A stretch of DNA of 64,000 nt from Hyphobacterium sp. Lineage in GTDB: Bacteria > Pseudomonadota > Alphaproteobacteria > Caulobacterales > Maricaulaceae. A program made the position numbers and the translations under genes. The DNA is taken from assembly GCF_965217055.1 (NCBI RefSeq), contig NZ_OZ244227.1, positions 1,283,652 through 1,347,651 of the forward strand, written 5' to 3'. This document shows, piece after piece, positions 1 through 8,554 of the stretch; position 1 is the first letter of the stretch, and each line of letters begins with the position of its first letter. The notes under the pieces were generated by a model. The model worked only from the letters and a program-made list of their open reading frames with translations, was not told where the DNA came from and ran no database searches.

Positions 1-804
1 CTCTACGTGCTGGTGACCCATGCCGGACACATTCCGGATGCCTTCATGCTGATCATCGGAGGCGCGTTCGGCTGGGAGCAGGCCGGCGGCGGCCTCGCCG
101 GTTATGGCGTGCTCGCGGCCGTCCGGGCCGGTGTGGCCCGCGGCCTGTTCTCCAATGAGGCCGGCCAGGGCTCGGCCCCGATCGCGCACGCTGCAGCGCA
201 GACCAAGAACCCGGTCAAGCAGGGCGAGATCGCCATGCTCGGCGTGTTCATCGACACGATGATCATCTGCACCATGACGGCGCTGGTCATCCTGGTCGTC
301 GAAGGCGCCTATCCGTCAGCCGGCGGCACGGTCGCCTACGCCTGGCAGTCTGCGGACCTCGAAGCGTCAGCCATTACCACGGCGGCGTATTCCGAGGGCA
401 TGATCGGCGGCGCCTGGGTGGTGTTGGCGGCGCAGGCGCTCTTTGCCTTCACCACGATTATTGGCTGGTCGTATTATGCCGAGCAATGCGCGACGTTCGT
501 GGTCGGCGACTGGGCGGCGAAGCCGTTCCGCTTCCTGTGGGTGGGCGTTGCTTTCGGCGGAACGCTGATCACCAATGTGGCCGGCCTCTGGCGCTTCGGC
601 GACATCGCCAACGCTACCATGCTGCTGCCCAATGTGGTGGCGCTGCTGCTCCTGTCAGGCGCGGTCGTGGCCTATACGCGCCGCTTCGACAAGACCGGCG
701 AATTGCCACCGAACTGGGCAGGCGATGTCTGGGGAACCGAACCGCCCGCGCCGGGCGAGCCGGATCCGTCAGATCCGGCGGATCCCAGCCATCCGGCCAG
801 CTAG
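1..804 (+). CDS. Alanine/glycine:cation symporter (AGCS) family amino-acid carrier, C-terminal part (5' end outside window)
   Basis: Frame 1 is open from the window edge. Motifs GLFSNEAGQGSAPIAHAAAQT and FIDTMIICTMTA plus serial TM helices fit AGCS carriers. A hairpin terminator follows. Confidence 0.85.
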   Translation, partial: LYVLVTHAGHIPDAFMLIIGGAFGWEQAGGGLAGYGVLAAVRAGVARGLFSNEAGQGSAPIAHAAAQTKNPVKQGEIAMLGVFIDTMIICTMTALVILVVEGAYPSAGGTVAYAWQSADLEASAITTAAYSEGMIGGAWVVLAAQALFAFTTIIGWSYYAEQCATFVVGDWAAKPFRFLWVGVAFGGTLITNVAGLWRFGDIANATMLLPNVVALLLLSGAVVAYTRRFDKTGELPPNWAGDVWGTEPPAPGEPDPSDPADPSHPAS

Positions 805-821
805 GTCCGGTTGAAACGATC

Positions 822-850
822 AAGGCCCTGCCATCCGGCGGGGCCTTTTT
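822..850 (+). terminator. Intrinsic terminator after the AGCS carrier gene
   Basis: AAGGCCC-N12-GGGCCTT stem (7 bp, extra GCC/GGC pairs inside the loop) followed by a T run, 18 nt after the stop codon. Confidence 0.7.
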
Positions 851-1675
851 CTATGCGGTATCCATAGCCTCGAGCGCGGCCTCGACATGGGCGTTGAACC
901 GCCCCCAGCGCTTGTAGGCGAGGGCATCCTCGGAGGCCGCGCGCCAGCTCGCGGCAAAGGCCGCGCGATCTGCCGGTTCTGCCAGCGCCTCGGCCAGCGG
1001 GTCGAGGCAAATGCGGATGCAGAACAGCACGGCATTCGTGGCTTCCAGCCGAACCAGGGTCTGACGCTCGACGCGCAAGACCAGTTCCTCGATGGCGCGT
1101 TCGCGCGGCAGGTGGTCGAGCCGGTCGCGCATCGCGCTGCCATGCGGCCACCAGCGTTCCGCGCCGAGCTGGACCGTCCAGTTGAAGCGTTCGAACACTT
1201 CGCCGGCCGGCATGCGGTCGAAGACGCGGGCAATCTTCCCGGCGAGGCCCGGCGATCCGCCCGGGACCGGGACATGCAGCTGATGCAGTTCGCGATCGAA
1301 ACTGGCGTCGAGCGAGAAAAACGTCGGCTGGGTGAGGAGCAGGCTCGTCGCTATCCAGCCTTCGCCGCGATTCTCCATGACAACGAGATCGTCGGACACG
1401 AGGCGGCCGGCCGCGACAAGGCCGGGTTCATCGCGATCAGAGCGACGCTGACCGGTCGCCGCCTCGATGCGCGACAGGGCTTCAGCTTCGGCCGGCGCGG
1501 CATCGGTACGGGCGCGATAGTATTTGTCCGGCTCGGCATCGAGCCGTTGGTTCTTCAATGGCAGCCAGTGCGTTTCCGGGTCCGGAACGAGCCATTGACC
1601 CGGATCGATACGCCGCAAACCGACCTGAAACCGGGGCGGTCCATCGTGAAACGGCTTGTAAGGCGGACGGGTCAC
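851..1675 (-). CDS. DUF3445 / heme-dependent oxidative N-demethylase-like protein
   Basis: 274-aa ORF with good third-position GC. The N-terminus [21 protein letters not shown] and the overall layout resemble the DUF3445 family (recalled, not searched). Confidence 0.65.
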   Translation of the reverse strand: MTRPPYKPFHDGPPRFQVGLRRIDPGQWLVPDPETHWLPLKNQRLDAEPDKYYRARTDAAPAEAEALSRIEAATGQRRSDRDEPGLVAAGRLVSDDLVVMENRGEGWIATSLLLTQPTFFSLDASFDRELHQLHVPVPGGSPGLAGKIARVFDRMPAGEVFERFNWTVQLGAERWWPHGSAMRDRLDHLPRERAIEELVLRVERQTLVRLEATNAVLFCIRICLDPLAEALAEPADRAAFAASWRAASEDALAYKRWGRFNAHVEAALEAMDTA

Positions 1676-2064
1676 GCGCGGCGAAGTCCCAGCAAAGCAA
1701 CGAGACCGAAGCCGAGCGCAATCCCCACAGCGTCCGCCACGAGGTCAGCGATGGACGTCGTGCGCTGCAGGATCGGCGAGCCCTGGATCAGCTCGATCAG
1801 CGTACCGTGTGCCACCAGGCCCAGGCCGATGAACCAGAGCGGCAGGCCGCGCCATCCAAAGGCCGCGAGCAGGCCCAACACGGCGAAAGCGGCGGCGTGC
1901 TCGATCTTGTCGGTGCCGAGCAGGCGTGGCGGCGCAGCCAGTCCCGGCAATAGCGCAATCACCGAGATCGCGGCTAATGCGAGCCAGAACATGCCCTTGG
2001 CAACTTGCCGCAGCGCGAGGCTCTTTCTAGGGTCCGCAAAACCTGACGACGAGCGAGGGGCCAT
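1672..2064 (-). CDS. VanZ-like small membrane protein
   Basis: 130 aa with 3-4 TM helices and a [13 protein letters not shown] motif. Its stop overlaps the downstream gene start by 4 nt. The ATG shares a CATG with the bioB start; Met25 (nt 1992) is an alternative start. Confidence 0.6.
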   Translation of the reverse strand: MAPRSSSGFADPRKSLALRQVAKGMFWLALAAISVIALLPGLAAPPRLLGTDKIEHAAAFAVLGLLAAFGWRGLPLWFIGLGLVAHGTLIELIQGSPILQRTTSIADLVADAVGIALGFGLVALLGLRRA

Positions 2065-3061
2065 GTCCGCAACTGTCCTTGATATCGAATCCTTGTCAAA
2101 GCCGCGCTTTGACTGGACGCCAGAAGAGGCTTTCCGGGTCTATCGCGCACCATTTAACGATTTGCTGTTCGCTTCGCAAAGCGTGCACCGCCAGCACCAT
2201 GCGGCGAACGCGGTGCAGAAATCCCAGCTCCTGTCGATCAAGACCGGCGGTTGTGCCGAGGATTGCGGCTATTGCAGCCAGTCAGCCTTCCACGAGACCG
2301 GATTGAAGGCCTCCAAGCTGATGCCGGTGGCAGACGTGCTCGACAAGGCGCGCAAGGCGAAAGCCGGCGGCGCGACGCGGTTTTGCATGGGCGCGGCCTG
2401 GCGTTCCTTGAAGGATCGCGATGTCGACGCGGTCTGCGAAATGATCGAGGGCGTGAAGTCCGAAGGGCTCGAAACCTGCGTGACGCTGGGCATGCTGGAA
2501 GACGGCCAGGCCGAGCGGCTGAAGGCTGCAGGGCTGGATTATTACAACCACAATCTGGATACGAGCCGCGAATACTACAATTCGGTGATCACGACGCGGA
2601 CCTATGAGGACCGGCTGGACACGCTCGCCAGGGTCCGCGGCGCCGGCCTGCACATCTGCTGTGGCGGGATTCTCGGCATGGGCGAGAGCGAGGATGACAG
2701 GATCGGCCTGCTGGTCGAGCTGGCGCGCTTGTCGCCGCATCCCGAAAGCGTGCCGATCAATCATCTCGTCGCGGTCGAGGGCACACCGCTGGGGCATGCC
2801 CAGCCGCTGGACGGCTTCGATTTCGTGCGCGCCATTGCGGCGGCGCGGCTGATGATGCCGCGCTCCGTGGTCCGTTTATCGGCGGGGCGCGAAGGGATGA
2901 GCCGCGAATTGCAGGCGCTGTGCTTCCTCGCCGGGGCAAACTCGATCTTTGTCGGCGAGGAATTGCTGACCACGCCCAATCCGGACCTGGAACAGGACGG
3001 TGCGTTGATGCGTGATCTCGGGCTGGAACCGATGGCGGCCCCTTCGGCACCGGCGGAGTAG
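2063..3061 (+). CDS. bioB: Biotin synthase
   Basis: Radical-SAM CxxxCxxC ([13 protein letters not shown]) plus YNHNLDTS and GMGES motifs. ATG 2063 ([11 protein letters not shown]...) chosen; the track ORF from 887 is an antisense shadow upstream. Confidence 0.95.
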   Translation: MSATVLDIESLSKPRFDWTPEEAFRVYRAPFNDLLFASQSVHRQHHAANAVQKSQLLSIKTGGCAEDCGYCSQSAFHETGLKASKLMPVADVLDKARKAKAGGATRFCMGAAWRSLKDRDVDAVCEMIEGVKSEGLETCVTLGMLEDGQAERLKAAGLDYYNHNLDTSREYYNSVITTRTYEDRLDTLARVRGAGLHICCGGILGMGESEDDRIGLLVELARLSPHPESVPINHLVAVEGTPLGHAQPLDGFDFVRAIAAARLMMPRSVVRLSAGREGMSRELQALCFLAGANSIFVGEELLTTPNPDLEQDGALMRDLGLEPMAAPSAPAE

Positions 3062-3077
3062 TTGTGCGTGGTTCGAG

Positions 3078-3094
3078 GCTGGCCTCCGGCCAGC
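3078..3094 (+). terminator. Hairpin after bioB (no T tract)
   Basis: GCTGGCC-tcc-GGCCAGC perfect 7-bp stem 17 nt after the bioB stop. No U-run follows, so terminator function is uncertain. Confidence 0.3.
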
Positions 3095-3180
3095 ACCTCA
3101 CCATGAGGCAGGATTAAAGTCGGGAGAATGAGTCACCTCATCCTGAGGTGCGAGCGAAGCGAGCCTCGAAGGACGGGGTG
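3095..3180. repeat. Possible REP/MITE-like intergenic element (two related small hairpins)
   Basis: CCTCA-cca-TGAGG (3096-3108) and CACCTCA-tcc-TGAGGTG (3134-3150), followed by gcgagcgaagcgagcctcgaaggac. This resembles a dispersed alphaproteobacterial intergenic repeat I recall. Only one copy is in the window. Confidence 0.25.
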
Positions 3181-3186
3181 ACAACG

Positions 3187-3486
3187 CTAGCCCAGCCCCG
3201 CCAATTCGCGCAGATATTCCCAGGTGAACAGGCCGGAATCATGGCCGTCGTCGAACACGATCTGGACGGCGTAGCGGCCCACCGGATTGGCGGCGACAAT
3301 GCCGACATCCTGCTTGCCCATAACGATCTTCTTCTGGGCCGGGGAATGCCCCTGCACTTCCGCGCTGGGCGATTCGGTGCGCAAGGTCTCGAACGCGATA
3401 TCTCCGGTCTGACCATCGTCAAAGGCGATCGTCAGCATCTTGCGGGATTTCGAGAATTCGAGTCGTGTCGGCCAGGCCCGGCTCAT
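3187..3486 (-). CDS. DUF971 (gamma-butyrobetaine hydroxylase-like N-terminal domain) protein
   Basis: 99 aa. IAFDDGQTG...[23 protein letters not shown] matches the DUF971 pattern. 4-nt overlap with the upstream Trm112 gene. Confidence 0.75.
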   Translation of the reverse strand: MSRAWPTRLEFSKSRKMLTIAFDDGQTGDIAFETLRTESPSAEVQGHSPAQKKIVMGKQDVGIVAANPVGRYAVQIVFDDGHDSGLFTWEYLRELAGLG

Positions 3487-3695
3487 CGCGTTTCCGCGTC
3501 GGTCAGTTCGCGTGCTTCTTCCGGCAACATGATGGGCACACCCTCGCGCACCGGATAGGCCAGGCCGGCCTGTTTCGAGACCAGTTCATTGGCGTCGCGA
3601 TCATAATGCAGCTCGCCACGCGTCACCGGACACACCAGAACCTCGAGCAGTTTCGGATCGACGTCCTTGGGCAGAGTTTTCTCGGTATCGGTCAT
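3483..3695 (-). CDS. Trm112 family (UPF0434) protein
   Basis: 70 aa. [14 protein letters not shown] ... [11 protein letters not shown] is the Trm112/YcaR signature. Confidence 0.8.
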   Translation of the reverse strand: MTDTEKTLPKDVDPKLLEVLVCPVTRGELHYDRDANELVSKQAGLAYPVREGVPIMLPEEARELTDAETR

Positions 3696-3727
3696 GCCGC
3701 CTATTTAAGGCCGCATGTGCGCCGCGG

Positions 3728-3961
3728 CTAGGGGTTTCCGGCACCCAGATCCGCAAGGTCCGGGTCATAGTCGATAAGGTCGCCGGGCCGGCAGTCGAGC
3801 ACCAGGCACAATTTGGCGAGTGTATCGAAGCGGACGCCCTTGACCTTGCCATTGCGCAAGAGGCTCAGCTGGGTTTCGGACAGGCCGATCTTCTCGGCGA
3901 GGTCTCGCGCGCGCACCTTGCGGCGGGCGAGCATGACATCGAGGGACATGACGACCGGCAT
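3728..3961 (-). CDS. Cro/C1 (YozG-type) helix-turn-helix transcriptional regulator
   Basis: 77 aa. LAEKIGLSETQLSLLRNGKVKGVRFDTLAKLCLVLDCRPGDLI is an XRE-type HTH. The start overlaps the upstream gene stop by 1 nt. Confidence 0.8.
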   Translation of the reverse strand: MPVVMSLDVMLARRKVRARDLAEKIGLSETQLSLLRNGKVKGVRFDTLAKLCLVLDCRPGDLIDYDPDLADLGAGNP

Positions 3962-4410
3962 CAGACGAAGCCGTCCAGCTCGGCGCGAATGCGCTGCCCG
4001 CGACGGGCAATCAGCAAGAGGACCAAGCCTGCAAAGGCAAGTACGAGGTTGGCGAGGCTGACATCGAGGCGCGCGCCGGTCATGGACGTGAATCCATTGC
4101 CCAACAGGTGCCGGATGGCCGGCTCGGCAATCATCGCCACCCAGGCGCCGAGCATCAGGCCTGCGCCCATGCGCATCAGCGCCCGGACCAAGGCGGGCTG
4201 GAATTCGCCCTTGCGTGTTCCGGCGTCAAACACGGTAGCCCCGGACCAGAACGCCCAGAGATAAAGCGCCGGGGCGAGCAGGCCGAGCCAATCCGTACCG
4301 CTCGACGGCGCCGGATAAAGGCCTGATTGCTTTAATAGCAGGAGAAGTGCCGCCAACAGGATGGAAGCGCGCATCAGCCGCGCCATTGTGGGCCGCAACA
4401 GATCAGGCAT
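3961..4410 (-). CDS. DUF2975-like membrane protein
   Basis: 149 aa with about 4 TM helices. Sits directly upstream of and overlaps the YozG-type HTH gene, the usual DUF2975 partner arrangement. Confidence 0.6.
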   Translation of the reverse strand: MPDLLRPTMARLMRASILLAALLLLLKQSGLYPAPSSGTDWLGLLAPALYLWAFWSGATVFDAGTRKGEFQPALVRALMRMGAGLMLGAWVAMIAEPAIRHLLGNGFTSMTGARLDVSLANLVLAFAGLVLLLIARRGQRIRAELDGFV

Positions 4411-4419
4411 GACATTACC

Positions 4420-4445
4420 TTTCAGGTCAATCTTTTGTCCTGAAA
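4420..4445 (-). promoter_or_regulatory. Inverted repeat overlapping the Shine-Dalgarno of the DUF2975/HTH operon
   Basis: TTTCAGG-N12-CCTGAAA perfect 7-bp dyad in an AT-rich 80-bp spacer. On the minus-strand mRNA one arm covers GAAAGG, 8 nt before ATG 4410. Confidence 0.3.
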
Positions 4446-4492
4446 CGCTAATTATTTTATGTTTTACTTAAAGTCAATAATTTCGCTGGTGA

Positions 4493-5122
4493 CTAGTTCC
4501 CGGTGCCGCCCGCGCCATCCGCGAGCTTGCGCTCCAGCAGGCCGGTCATCAGATCGTAGCGCAGGCGGATATCGTCCGCTTCCAGCAGGGCCTGTTTTTC
4601 CTTGGCGGCAAACGGCGCCACCATTGCCATCTGGTCGACGACGCGGACGATCGGCGCGGCCTCGACGGTCGACCAGTCGCACTTGATCCCTTCATTGGCG
4701 AACCAGCCTCGCAAGAGCGCGGTGAAGCGCTCGCGATCGGCATTGATCAGGGCTTCCGGTGCGCGGCGGTCGGCCTCGAACACCGACCAGTCGACGGCAG
4801 CGGTGCGGTAAGGCGTCTTCTCGTCGAGTTCCTGCCGGATCTCGAAACGCGATACGCCCTGCAATGCAGTCAGATAACGACCGTCGTCGGTTTCTGCGTG
4901 CTCGGTGATCAGGCCCGCGCTGCCGACGGCTTCGAGGGCCGGCCGGGCGGGCGTGCCGCCATCGCGGGTCTGGACGATGCCGATCATCTTGTGGCCGGCC
5001 AATGCGTCGTCAATCATGTTGAGGTAGCGCGGCTCAAACACGTTCAGCGGCAGAACCTCGCCGGGGAGGAGGATCGCACCGCCGAGCGGGAAGAGCGGCA
5101 GGGTGTCGGGCAATGTCGTCAT
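4493..5122 (-). CDS. LON peptidase substrate-binding (Lon N-terminal) domain protein
   Basis: 209 aa. LPLFPLGGAILLPGEVLPLNVFEPRY is the typical start of the Lon N-terminal domain. Confidence 0.8.
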   Translation of the reverse strand: MTTLPDTLPLFPLGGAILLPGEVLPLNVFEPRYLNMIDDALAGHKMIGIVQTRDGGTPARPALEAVGSAGLITEHAETDDGRYLTALQGVSRFEIRQELDEKTPYRTAAVDWSVFEADRRAPEALINADRERFTALLRGWFANEGIKCDWSTVEAAPIVRVVDQMAMVAPFAAKEKQALLEADDIRLRYDLMTGLLERKLADGAGGTGN

Positions 5123-5165
5123 CTATCATGACCTAGGCTGCCGACACGGGCCCGCCAAGGGCCGA

Positions 5166-6098
5166 TTACGCAAACAGCATGGCCGACAGGCGCCGGCGAC
5201 CCGTTTTCGCGACGTCGGAGGCAAAACCTGCGGCTTCGAAAATCTCGAGCAGGCGGGCCTTGGCCTTGCCGTCTTCCCAGTCCTGGTCGGATTCCAGGAT
5301 GGCAAATAGCTGGTCGCTGGCACCCAGCAGATCATTGCGGCCGACGAGCGCATTGGCGAGCTCGAAGCGGGCTTCGAAATCCTGCGGGTTGGCGGCGACT
5401 TTCTGTTCCAGCTCGGACGCTTCACCGGCATCGCCAGCTTCGTCCTTCAGTTTCAGCGCGGTCAGCACAGCCTGAACGGACGGATCGTCTTTCTTGTCCT
5501 CGGGAATATGTTCAAGCACTTCACGTGCCTTTTCCGGCTCGCCGCCGGCAATGAAGACCCGCGCCATGCCGGCAATCGGGGCGGGGTTTTCCGGATCCGA
5601 CTGCGCCGCAAGCGAGAAGTCCTGCGCGGCACCGCCAAGATCGCCGGAATCGAGGCTTTCCTCGGCGCGCTTGAGCATGGCGTCGATCTCGGCCTTGTCG
5701 GGACCGTCGCCGGTGAGCCGCTTGATGAAGTCACTGATCTGGCTTTCCGGCAAAGCGCCCATGAAGCCGTCGACCGGCTGACCGTCCTTGAAGGCAAACA
5801 CGGCCGGGATGGACTGCACCCGCAATTGCTGGGCGATGCCCGGGTTTTCGTCGATATTGACCTTGACCAGGCGGACCTTGCCGCCGGCCTTGCGCACGGC
5901 GTTCTCGATGGCCGGGCCGAGCTGGCGGCACGGGCCGCACCAGGGCGCCCAGAAATCGACAATGACCGGCACCTCTTTCGAGGGCTCGATGACGTCGGCC
6001 ATGAAGTTCTGATCGGTGCTGTCTTTCACGATATCGGCGCCGTCGGCCTGCGGGGCGGACGGCTGGGCGTTGGGATCGGTCGTGAAGAACTGGCTCAT
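5166..6098 (-). CDS. Thioredoxin-domain / TPR co-chaperone (YbbN/CnoX-like)
   Basis: 310 aa. N-terminal thioredoxin fold with WAPWCGPC, followed by TPR-like helical repeats. Confidence 0.85.
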   Translation of the reverse strand: MSQFFTTDPNAQPSAPQADGADIVKDSTDQNFMADVIEPSKEVPVIVDFWAPWCGPCRQLGPAIENAVRKAGGKVRLVKVNIDENPGIAQQLRVQSIPAVFAFKDGQPVDGFMGALPESQISDFIKRLTGDGPDKAEIDAMLKRAEESLDSGDLGGAAQDFSLAAQSDPENPAPIAGMARVFIAGGEPEKAREVLEHIPEDKKDDPSVQAVLTALKLKDEAGDAGEASELEQKVAANPQDFEARFELANALVGRNDLLGASDQLFAILESDQDWEDGKAKARLLEIFEAAGFASDVAKTGRRRLSAMLFA

Positions 6099-6155
6099 AT
6101 CGGCTTTCCTGTCGTTTCCTGCCCTACTTGGAGCGCCAGGGCCGAGTTGACAAGA

Positions 6156-6665
6156 TCAACCGGCTGCAGCCAGTGCGGCAAAGTCGGCAATCAGCGGCTC
6201 GTGGCCGGTCGCCCGGGCAAAGGCCAGCAAATCGTCGGGCGAGATGGCGGTGGTTGCGTCATTGCGCAGCGGATGGAAATTCACCGGGTCATGATCGAGC
6301 AGCGCCTTTTCGATCACGAAGCAGACGGATCCCGACCTATCGTTCATCAGCGCAAAGGCGGTGACCGAGCCGGGGCGCACACCCAGCGCGCTCCACAAAT
6401 CTTCCTCCTTTGCAAAGGACAGGCGCTGGCAGCCGGCCAGGCGGTGCAGGCGGTTGACTGGAACGGCGCTGTCGCCGAGCGCGGAAACGAGCACCAACCG
6501 TCCCTTCTTGTCCTTCAGGAACAGATTCTTGGTGTGTCCGCCGGGCAAGCCGGCCTTGATCGCTTCGCCCTCGGCCACGGTAAAGACCGGTTCATGGTCG
6601 AGCGTTGAATGGGCGATGCCCAGTTCATCAAGGTATCGGAACAGATCTTCACGGGTGGCTGGCAT
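6156..6665 (-). CDS. YbaK/prolyl-tRNA synthetase-associated (ProX-like) deacylase domain protein
   Basis: 169 aa. HTKNLFLKDKKG and the following pattern fit the YbaK/ProX editing-domain family. Confidence 0.75.
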   Translation of the reverse strand: MPATREDLFRYLDELGIAHSTLDHEPVFTVAEGEAIKAGLPGGHTKNLFLKDKKGRLVLVSALGDSAVPVNRLHRLAGCQRLSFAKEEDLWSALGVRPGSVTAFALMNDRSGSVCFVIEKALLDHDPVNFHPLRNDATTAISPDDLLAFARATGHEPLIADFAALAAAG

Positions 6666-6727
6666 GGGTCCGGCTTATGCGGCATTAGAGGCGCAGATCA
6701 AGAGGCCTTCGAAGGGGAATTCGCGCC

Positions 6728-7294
6728 ATGACCGAGCCGGTCTGTTTCTTTGCCTTCCGCAGTCCGTATTCGCGGCTCGGTCTTCACAAGCTGCAGCGTG
6801 CCGGAATCGTCGCGCGCCTGTTTCCCTTTACCGGCCCCCCGGATGGGGTGCCGTTTTTCAATCCGACCGATTCGAAGCCCAAGCTGGACTATTATCTGGA
6901 GGACATTCCGCGCATGACGGCGCGCATGGATCTGCCGCTCGGCTTTCCCGAACCGTTCGAGATCCGGGGTGATCTGCCGCAACGCGCCTTTCACTGGGCA
7001 GATCGGCAGGGTCAGGGCTTCGCGTTCGCACTCGCGGCCTCGGATGCGCGCTGGGGCGAGGGCCGGGATCTCGCCGATCCTTCGGTTCTGACGGAGATCG
7101 CTGCAGGCCTCGGCCTTGATCTGCCCGGCGTCGATACGCTGAAGGGCGATCCGGAGCTTGAAACCGACATGGAAACGGCGCGGGCATTCGTTGCAGATTA
7201 TGGCGTGTTCGGTGTGCCCTTCCTGGTGGCCGGCGGCGCGAAATACTGGGGCCAGGACCGGTTCGACCTGTATCTGGAGACGTTAACCCGCTAG
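6728..7294 (+). CDS. DsbA-family protein (2-hydroxychromene-2-carboxylate isomerase-like)
   Basis: 188 aa. C-terminal GVFGVPFLVAGGAKYWGQDR is typical of the HCCA-isomerase/DsbA-like family. The N-terminal CxxC is replaced by FRSPYS. Confidence 0.7.
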   Translation: MTEPVCFFAFRSPYSRLGLHKLQRAGIVARLFPFTGPPDGVPFFNPTDSKPKLDYYLEDIPRMTARMDLPLGFPEPFEIRGDLPQRAFHWADRQGQGFAFALAASDARWGEGRDLADPSVLTEIAAGLGLDLPGVDTLKGDPELETDMETARAFVADYGVFGVPFLVAGGAKYWGQDRFDLYLETLTR

Positions 7295-7374
7295 CTGAAT
7301 CTTGCGGCTTGCCAAGGCCGCGGGATTGGGCGATATACCCCGCCTCCCGGCGCAAGCCGGATACCCCATGTTGA

Positions 7375-7449
7375 GCGGGCGTAGCTCAGGGGTAGAGCGT
7401 CACCTTGCCAAGGTGAATGTCGTGAGTTCGAATCTCATCGCCCGCTCCA
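7375..7449 (+). tRNA. tRNA-Gly (anticodon GCC)
   Basis: Cloverleaf read by eye: acceptor GCGGGCG/CGCCCGC; D arm GCTC..GAGC; anticodon stem TCACC/GGTGA with loop TTGCCAA; T arm GTGAG-TTCGAAT-CTCAT; encoded CCA. Confidence 0.9.
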
Positions 7450-7528
7450 TTCTTTTCTGGACATCGCATGGCATCCCGGCGTTACGCCGACCGTGTCTCG
7501 CGCCGGCCTTCGGCAATAATCCACGCGA

Positions 7529-8497
7529 TCAGGGCTGTGGCGCCATTGGCAGCAAAGTCATGTCAGGTCGGGTCAGATTGTAGTCCTGCTCGAAGGCTGG
7601 AATCAGCGCGCAACCGGCTTCGGCATCGCCCTGGTAAATGGCCGCGACGATCGCCTGCATGCGCCGAATGGCATTCGTCAGCTCTGCCTGGCTCATCTGG
7701 TCTGCCTGGTAGCGCTCGCCAAGAAGAATGCCGTAGCCGGTGACCAACCCCATGGCGCGCGGCGGCCCATTCCCGTCCCGGCGGCAATATTCGATCGGCA
7801 TGTCGTTTGGTTCGGGCGTCACGGCGGCGGATCCTTCGCCGGATCCGACGAAGACCAGCTGCGGCACGGCGTATTCGACGGCCGGATTCCCGGTGCCGAC
7901 AAACACCAGTTCCGGGACGGCGTACTCGACATCGGATGCGCCGATTCCCACGAATATCAGATCCGGCACCTCGTAAACGATACCGGCATCGCCAACGCCG
8001 ATAAAGACCAGGTTCGGAACCGCGTATTGAACGTCCGGCGAGCCCACACCGACAAAAGCCAACTCCGGGACGGCATATTCGATATCGGCGCTATCGAAGC
8101 CGACGAATACGAGTTCTGGCACAGTGAACTCGACGCTCGAAGCGCCCATGCCGATGAAGACGAGCTCCGGAACGGGATATTCGACGACATTTTCTCCTGC
8201 TCCCACGAAAACAAGCGCCGGGACATCATATTCGATGTCTGACTCGCCAATCCCCACGAAGACCAGGTCCGGAACGGCATATTCGATGTCGCCGTCCCCG
8301 ATGCCCGCGAACACGAGTTGCGGCACTGCGAACTCGACGGCACCGTCGCCGACGCTGGCAAATGTCAGTTGCGGCACGCCGTACTCGACTTGCGGGTCGC
8401 CGGTGCCGGCAAAGACCAATGGCGGCACATCGAAATCCACCGGTGCCGTCTGAGCATGCGCCGCGCCCGTCAGCCAAGCGATCAAGACTGCCATCAA
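7529..8497 (-). CDS. Exported repeat protein: 12 tandem 17-residue repeats (VPxLVFVGxGxxxVEYA) plus a 95-aa C-terminal domain; no family recognised
   Basis: 322 aa. Short signal-like N-terminus (..LTGAAHA/QT, TTG start), then 12 consecutive 17-aa units, then a non-repetitive tail with 2 Cys. Strong third-position GC in this frame. Confidence 0.8.
   Translation of the reverse strand: MMAVLIAWLTGAAHAQTAPVDFDVPPLVFAGTGDPQVEYGVPQLTFASVGDGAVEFAVPQLVFAGIGDGDIEYAVPDLVFVGIGESDIEYDVPALVFVGAGENVVEYPVPELVFIGMGASSVEFTVPELVFVGFDSADIEYAVPELAFVGVGSPDVQYAVPNLVFIGVGDAGIVYEVPDLIFVGIGASDVEYAVPELVFVGTGNPAVEYAVPQLVFVGSGEGSAAVTPEPNDMPIEYCRRDGNGPPRAMGLVTGYGILLGERYQADQMSQAELTNAIRRMQAIVAAIYQGDAEAGCALIPAFEQDYNLTRPDMTLLPMAPQP
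7817..8428 (-). repeat. In-frame 51-bp tandem repeat array (12 units) inside the repeat-protein gene
   Basis: Units VPPLVFAGTGDPQVEYG, VPQLTFASVGDGAVEFA, VPQLVFAGIGDGDIEYA ... VPQLVFVGSGEGSAAVT. The copies are diverged at DNA level but conserved at protein level. Confidence 0.85.
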
Positions 8498-8554
8498 CGC
8501 AGCGCGAAGCGCGCGGTATTTAAAGGGAGCGCGAACGGGAAACTCGCCTATCGC

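Noticed and set aside
887-2062. The 5' two thirds of the 724-aa track ORF that ends as bioB.
   Set aside because: It is antisense to the better-supported DUF3445 and VanZ-like genes. Its Arg/Ala/Pro-rich translation has no motifs. bioB homology begins only at ATG 2063.
5508-6608. 366-aa plus-strand ORF.
   Set aside because: It lies opposite the thioredoxin/TPR and ProX-like genes, which have clear motifs. It is a typical high-GC shadow ORF with an Arg/Gly/Ala-rich translation.
7817-8428. A CRISPR-like array, considered for the tandem repeats here and at 29937-30092 and 60771-60956.
   Set aside because: The repeats are contiguous with no unique spacers. Their periods (51 bp, 30 bp, 15-18 bp) are multiples of three, and they sit in frame inside ORFs with signal peptides. 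No cas genes are present.
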